A stretch of 64,000 bases of DNA from a virus. Its lineage: Duplodnaviria > Caudoviricetes. Position numbers and translations under genes: made by a program. Below are positions 59,212 to 64,000 of the stretch, piece by piece (positions within the stretch are counted from its first letter, which is position 1; each line of letters starts with the position of its first letter). The stretch lies in IMG/VR virus record IMGVR_UViG_3300014043_000503, positions 1 through 64,000 of that record. The stretch is one strand, 5' to 3'. The notes beneath the pieces were generated by a model that did no database searches, was not told the origin of the DNA, and saw nothing but the letters and a program-made list of their open reading frames with translations.

Positions 59212-62200
59212 ATGGCAGATAGGGTTTATTCAGTCAGATATGACATTGTTGCTGAAGCAGGCAAGGCTATAGAAACATTCAATTCCTTGCAGAATCCGCT
59301 TTATAATTTAAAGCGAAATTCGCAAAAGCTGTCTTCCAGCCTTATGACAACGGTAGAGCGGCTTAATACGCTTAAAGAGACTTTGGACAAAATCTCAAGC
59401 ACGAGCAGAAATATAGAAATAAGCGTTACCTTTGATATTGCCTCCTTTAATAGAAACCTGAAAGAAATGGAGCTAAACGCAAGGGCTTCTGCAAACAGGA
59501 TCAGGGGTACGTTTGAATCTGTTTTCAAGGATACTCATGGTGATTACATGAAAAAGCAATCTCTTCTCGGCACGCCAATAGAGCAGGGCGTGTCTTCGGG
59601 AGACAAGGAGTTGAGAAAGAGGCTAAAAAAGGAAAACAAGACTATGCAATCCCTTATTGGTAAAATGAGGGAAGCGAGAAAGCAGGCTGATATTTATACT
59701 ATAGCAAAAAGAAATCTGGCCGGTAATGTCAGCGAAAAAGATGCTATCAGCTCAATTTCGAGCATATGGAAGGGCTTTGGCAAAACATCACTGGCCAGTT
59801 TAAAAAAGAAGATAAGAGAAGGAGTTTATGATACGACTGTCTTATTGGATAAGGCTGAGAAAGACTTGTGGAGGTCTTTGAATGCAGGGGCGCTTGCTCC
59901 TTTGGAGAATGGTTCTTTTTTGAACCTTGTCGATGTGGCAAGAGATAATACTGACAAGATATTTAAAGCTATAGAAGAAAGAAGGAAGTCAAATATTGCA
60001 AATATAGCGTCAGTTCAGAAAGAGCAAAAGGATATTGCAAAGAATACAAAGCCGTTAATGGGTAGCCAAAAGGTTGTTCCGGGGCAACCTTTCCTTTCTG
60101 AAATATCAACCAATCCAAGGGAAATAGCAAAAATCAGCGAGGCATATACAAAAATGCTCAGGAATATCTCTAAGATAGGCAACAAGAACATTTCCGTAAA
60201 TGTACGTGGCAACTACAGAAGTCACATGGAAAGCCTTGCTGAATTTGCCAAGACAATGCCGTTATTGAAAAGTAGGACAGTTAAAGTTAACGTAAACGTA
60301 AGCGGTCTTTCAAAAACAAGTCTTTCAAAAATAAAGGAACTGAGTGGGATAACCGACAAGAAAGTCCCGGTTTCCCTTACATTGTCATACAAGAATGCAA
60401 GAGATCAGGTTCCACGTACCCTTGGCGTGCTTCAGAGGATCATCGCTGAAAGGGGAGGTGTAAAGGTTCCGCTCACTATAGACCGTACAAAGGTCGGTGG
60501 GCAGCTCAATAGCCTTGTCAGGAACCTCAGGACGCTTATAGCTGAGAACAGGCTGACAATCCCGGTCAACCTTCAGAGCCTTGACATGAAGAAGCCTAAG
60601 AACGTGCCGACCATTAACGTGAAGGCGAAGGTTACTGGCCTGACGAGTGCCGTGAGGGAGGCTAACAAGGCATTCCAGGAGAGGGTGAGGAACATGAAGA
60701 ACTCCCCTGCCCTTAAAATACCCATACAGCTGAAGTGGGGCGACAAGGAGAACAACATGAGGGCTCAGATCAAGCGTATGCAGTCTTCGATCCCAGCCCT
60801 GAAGGTAAGCGTTGACCTGACGCTTGCGAAAGCCCAGATAGATGACCTTGCAGCCTATATCCAGAGAAAGGGTATCATCAACATGGGTGCCATGTCAGGG
60901 CCTAAGTCTCAGGGGCCGTTCAGGAACTACAGGCCAGGCTCAGGTGAATCGTTCGCTGCTGGCGCTGTCGGTGGCGGAAGAAGAGGTTCTGGAGGTGGTG
61001 ACAGCGGAGGCCGTGTATATGGCGGCGGAGGCGAAGGCAGCAACTTCCTGACAAGGCTGAGAAGGTTCGCATACCCACTCACAGGAAACCTTTCCTACGG
61101 TGCATCATCCCCGATGGCCCTGCAGATGTTCAAGGATATGCCTGTGATGATGGGTGTGGGCGGTGCCATCGGTGCCGTGACGAACGGTATCGGACAGGCA
61201 TTCGAATATCAGGACACAATGCGAGTGGCAAGGTCTATCCTCGAAAGGAGCTATAAGGGCAACAACTTCGAGAAGGACTACAGGAACATGGAAATGACCG
61301 CGAGGAACGTTGCGAGGAATACCAAGTTCACAGGCAAGGAGGCTGCTGATGCCGTCCGCTTCATGGCTATGGCAGGACTGGACATCCCGAAGATCAACAG
61401 CTCCATCAAGCCTATCGCGGACATCGCCCTCATCGGCAGGAACAACCTCGGTGACATTGCCGACATCATGACCAACGTCCAGACCACCTACAAGATACCG
61501 GCAGACAAGATGGAGCGCATGGCAGACGCTATGGCCAACACCTTCACCAAGACGAACGTCGATATGATGATGATTGCGGAATCCCTGAAGTATGCGGGCG
61601 GTATCGCTCAGCTTACGGGAACGTCGCTCGGTGATTCGCTCGCCATGATCGGCATCATGGGTAACAACGGTATCCAAGGCTCGATGGCCGGTACTTCAAC
61701 CCGTATGATGATGCAGAACATGATACGCCCGAACAAGGGTCAGGCTGCCATGTGGAAGAGCCTCGGCATCAGCACCACGGACGAGCATGGCTTCGTGAAG
61801 GATCCAATCAAGCTCCTTGGTGAGCTGAAGGGCTACGTTGACAAGAAATACGGAAGCAAGGAATACATGGAGCTCGGAAAGGGCGAGGAGTTCAAGAACA
61901 AGGCTCTGGGAACGCTTGTCTCCAACATGTTCCGCGTCACCTCTACGGCTGGCGTGGCTGCCCTGCTGCGTGACTATGACAAGCTGGTAGAGCTTTCGGA
62001 ATCCAACAAGAGCAGTTCCATCAACGGACTCTCAAGCCGTCTCTCAGGCTTCCAGCAGAATGAGGTGAAGGGTCTTGTCGCAAAGGTTTCCTCGTCGCTT
62101 CAGGAGCAGATACTCCAGATTATCGAGAAGAACACGGGCTGGATCAAGCAGAAGCTCATAGAAGCTAACGAGTGGATGAGCTCGCCCGAGACAAAGAGCA

Positions 62201-64000
62201 AGCTCGAAAGCCTTATCGAGACGCTGAAGAACATCGTTGACGGGTTCATAAACGTCGGCAGGGTCGCTCTCTGGGCCTATGAGAAGTTTAACAGCATCAA
62301 GATATTCGGAAACGGTCTGGTGGATTTCCTTATCAAGTTCCAGCTGTATATGACGGCCATTGGTTCTACGCTCAGGCTTGTCCTCTCACCACTTAATATC
62401 TTCAGCGGATTCAACTTCGGTGGAGGTATGGGCGCTGCTGGTGCTGTTTCAAGCATAGGCAGAATAATGGCTTCTTCTAAGCCCAGGGTAATTGCCAATG
62501 CGATTGGGCAAAGAGTGTATAATACTGAGAATGATGGCCTTGCTCCAATTACTACTGTATATAACTCAGGAAGTTATAAAAGGCCGTACTCTCGTGGATG
62601 GTACTCACCACTTGGGCAAATGCCCGTTGTTCTTGGCCCTATTGGTGCGAGAAATCTTAGGGACGAACAACAAGCATTAGCTACAATAAGCCCGATACAG
62701 CAACGAATGGCCATGTATCAGAGGTCGCGTAGCTATATGACAAGGGGGATGACAAAAAAACAGAAAGCACTTCAATATGCGTCAATAGACAGGCAGGTTG
62801 CCGCAATGCGTTCGCAAATCGCATCAGCAAGAACGGCAGCATATAATGAAACGCTTGCTTATGGCATAATGTCAAATGCATTCCCGCTTCTTTATCGTAG
62901 GACATCTCCAGTTATTCATGGAAGAACGACGGTGCCTTTTGCTTATAACAGAGAGATGAGACCTATGCCATTCTATCAGTATGCAAAAAATGCATCTGCA
63001 ATCAAATATGGAGGCGCCCCTATAGCAGAATATGCAGGTGAATATAGAAAAAGAGCCGGTATGTATGCGACTATGGCATTATCCGGAAAAAACTATAAAA
63101 AGCACGCTGAGCATATGAGGCTTGCTGAAATGTATAGAAAGGCAGCGCAACAAGCGGAATGGATGCAAATACAAGAAAGAAAAGCAGCTTTAGAAAGAAT
63201 GAAAAAAGCTGCAATGGCTTCAAGAAGACCTCAGCAGCTTCTTGATTCTGAATTAATTTCTGCGTTCATTATGAGCAGAGGGTTTAAGAGAAGCAAGGGG
63301 TTGATTGGCGAATCTTTGAGGGCTAATTTTAGAGCTGGCAGGGCTATGGGTGCTTTCAGGGGCTTAGGAGGCATCAAGAACAGTCTTATTTCAAGTTTGA
63401 CAACTGGATTCATGGGGTTGTCAAAGGCTATGGGGCTTGTGCTCAGTCCTATTGGTTTGGCTACAGCTGCTATCACAACCCTTGGAGCGGGCGCTTACTA
63501 CCTTTACAAAAAAGAGAAAGAAGGTAGAGAGGGAGCGCAAAGAACTATGAACCATTTAAAAAAGGTTCAGGAGCTAACCAATAGCAGGAATGGTGGTGGT
63601 GATTTATCATCGCTTCCAGAATCATCTCCGCTTCATGTTGGCGTAGCTTGGGTAAATAGAAATAAGAACGTTATTAGTCAAAGTTCCATAAAGGGAAATT
63701 CATTATTAAAAAATAATCCGTATTTTAGAGATGTTGTTGATCCTGACAGGGGTGTTCTTGCAAATAGCAAAAGATATAGGGCCTACAGAAAAGAATTATA
63801 CGATAAATACATTGCAAATGGATGGAATGTATATGGTGACAACATAATAGATGAATCGACATTTAATAACGGAAATACATGGTATAAATCCCTCCAAGGA
63901 GCATCTATGCTTCAGGGATCAAATTCCAATCGCGTAAGAGCTTGGGAAAAATATATATCAAATCAAGCAGCGAGAATTTCTGCCATAAAAGATGTCGGTG
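59212..64000 (+). CDS. Tape measure protein (TP901-type core), truncated by the window end
   Basis: Open frame from MADRVYSV; TKFTGKEAADAVRFMAMAG...ESLKYAG...GNNGIQGSMAGT near 61.3-61.7 kb. Confidence 0.9.
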   Translation, partial: MADRVYSVRYDIVAEAGKAIETFNSLQNPLYNLKRNSQKLSSSLMTTVERLNTLKETLDKISSTSRNIEISVTFDIASFNRNLKEMELNARASANRIRGTFESVFKDTHGDYMKKQSLLGTPIEQGVSSGDKELRKRLKKENKTMQSLIGKMREARKQADIYTIAKRNLAGNVSEKDAISSISSIWKGFGKTSLASLKKKIREGVYDTTVLLDKAEKDLWRSLNAGALAPLENGSFLNLVDVARDNTDKIFKAIEERRKSNIANIASVQKEQKDIAKNTKPLMGSQKVVPGQPFLSEISTNPREIAKISEAYTKMLRNISKIGNKNISVNVRGNYRSHMESLAEFAKTMPLLKSRTVKVNVNVSGLSKTSLSKIKELSGITDKKVPVSLTLSYKNARDQVPRTLGVLQRIIAERGGVKVPLTIDRTKVGGQLNSLVRNLRTLIAENRLTIPVNLQSLDMKKPKNVPTINVKAKVTGLTSAVREANKAFQERVRNMKNSPALKIPIQLKWGDKENNMRAQIKRMQSSIPALKVSVDLTLAKAQIDDLAAYIQRKGIINMGAMSGPKSQGPFRNYRPGSGESFAAGAVGGGRRGSGGGDSGGRVYGGGGEGSNFLTRLRRFAYPLTGNLSYGASSPMALQMFKDMPVMMGVGGAIGAVTNGIGQAFEYQDTMRVARSILERSYKGNNFEKDYRNMEMTARNVARNTKFTGKEAADAVRFMAMAGLDIPKINSSIKPIADIALIGRNNLGDIADIMTNVQTTYKIPADKMERMADAMANTFTKTNVDMMMIAESLKYAGGIAQLTGTSLGDSLAMIGIMGNNGIQGSMAGTSTRMMMQNMIRPNKGQAAMWKSLGISTTDEHGFVKDPIKLLGELKGYVDKKYGSKEYMELGKGEEFKNKALGTLVSNMFRVTSTAGVAALLRDYDKLVELSESNKSSSINGLSSRLSGFQQNEVKGLVAKVSSSLQEQILQIIEKNTGWIKQKLIEANEWMSSPETKSKLESLIETLKNIVDGFINVGRVALWAYEKFNSIKIFGNGLVDFLIKFQLYMTAIGSTLRLVLSPLNIFSGFNFGGGMGAAGAVSSIGRIMASSKPRVIANAIGQRVYNTENDGLAPITTVYNSGSYKRPYSRGWYSPLGQMPVVLGPIGARNLRDEQQALATISPIQQRMAMYQRSRSYMTRGMTKKQKALQYASIDRQVAAMRSQIASARTAAYNETLAYGIMSNAFPLLYRRTSPVIHGRTTVPFAYNREMRPMPFYQYAKNASAIKYGGAPIAEYAGEYRKRAGMYATMALSGKNYKKHAEHMRLAEMYRKAAQQAEWMQIQERKAALERMKKAAMASRRPQQLLDSELISAFIMSRGFKRSKGLIGESLRANFRAGRAMGAFRGLGGIKNSLISSLTTGFMGLSKAMGLVLSPIGLATAAITTLGAGAYYLYKKEKEGREGAQRTMNHLKKVQELTNSRNGGGDLSSLPESSPLHVGVAWVNRNKNVISQSSIKGNSLLKNNPYFRDVVDPDRGVLANSKRYRAYRKELYDKYIANGWNVYGDNIIDESTFNNGNTWYKSLQGASMLQGSNSNRVRAWEKYISNQAARISAIKDVG

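Larger units (their letters stand above)
1490..64000. mobile_element. Large temperate prophage (contractile tail, Mu-like head module), right end outside the window
   Basis: Integrase beside a tRNA, dense small phage-type ORFs, portal/protease/capsid/sheath/tube/tape-measure genes. Confidence 0.92.

Noticed and set aside
1796-64000. Stop-codon reassignment in the prophage
   Set aside because: Genes tile densely under the standard code, and TAG, TGA and TAA all end genes.

Overview
Bacteroidales (Prevotella-like) chromosome. Two host genes and a tRNA-Ser(CGA) are followed by a large (>62 kb, continuing past the window end) temperate prophage with a tyrosine integrase at its left boundary. From about 3.1 to 35.4 kb lies a leftward block of mostly small early/accessory genes (DUF3310, YopX, RNase H, beta-clamp-like, DUF2958, DUF932, PcfJ/PcfK, DUF4120) plus a tRNA-Met(CAT) and a tRNA-like element. 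A ~2.9 kb non-coding region (structured leader, putative origin) precedes winged-HTH genes, tRNA-Arg(CCT), a second tyrosine recombinase and dUTPase. From 47.1 kb a rightward Mu-like myovirus morphogenesis module follows (DUF935 portal, gpF-like, ClpP protease, capsid, two sheath paralogs, tube, tail chaperone, tape measure), interrupted by a solo tnpB. Most striking: a stand-alone reverse transcriptase (25475-26758) followed by an array of four sequence-diverse long-hairpin units that share an ungapped 22-nt motif, then three genes and a fifth unit, suggesting an RT + ncRNA-array system. Also notable: a probable -1 frameshift fusing portal to gpF and a recurrent CTATTATA phage promoter motif. 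Protein family calls come from recognising motifs by eye, not from database searches.
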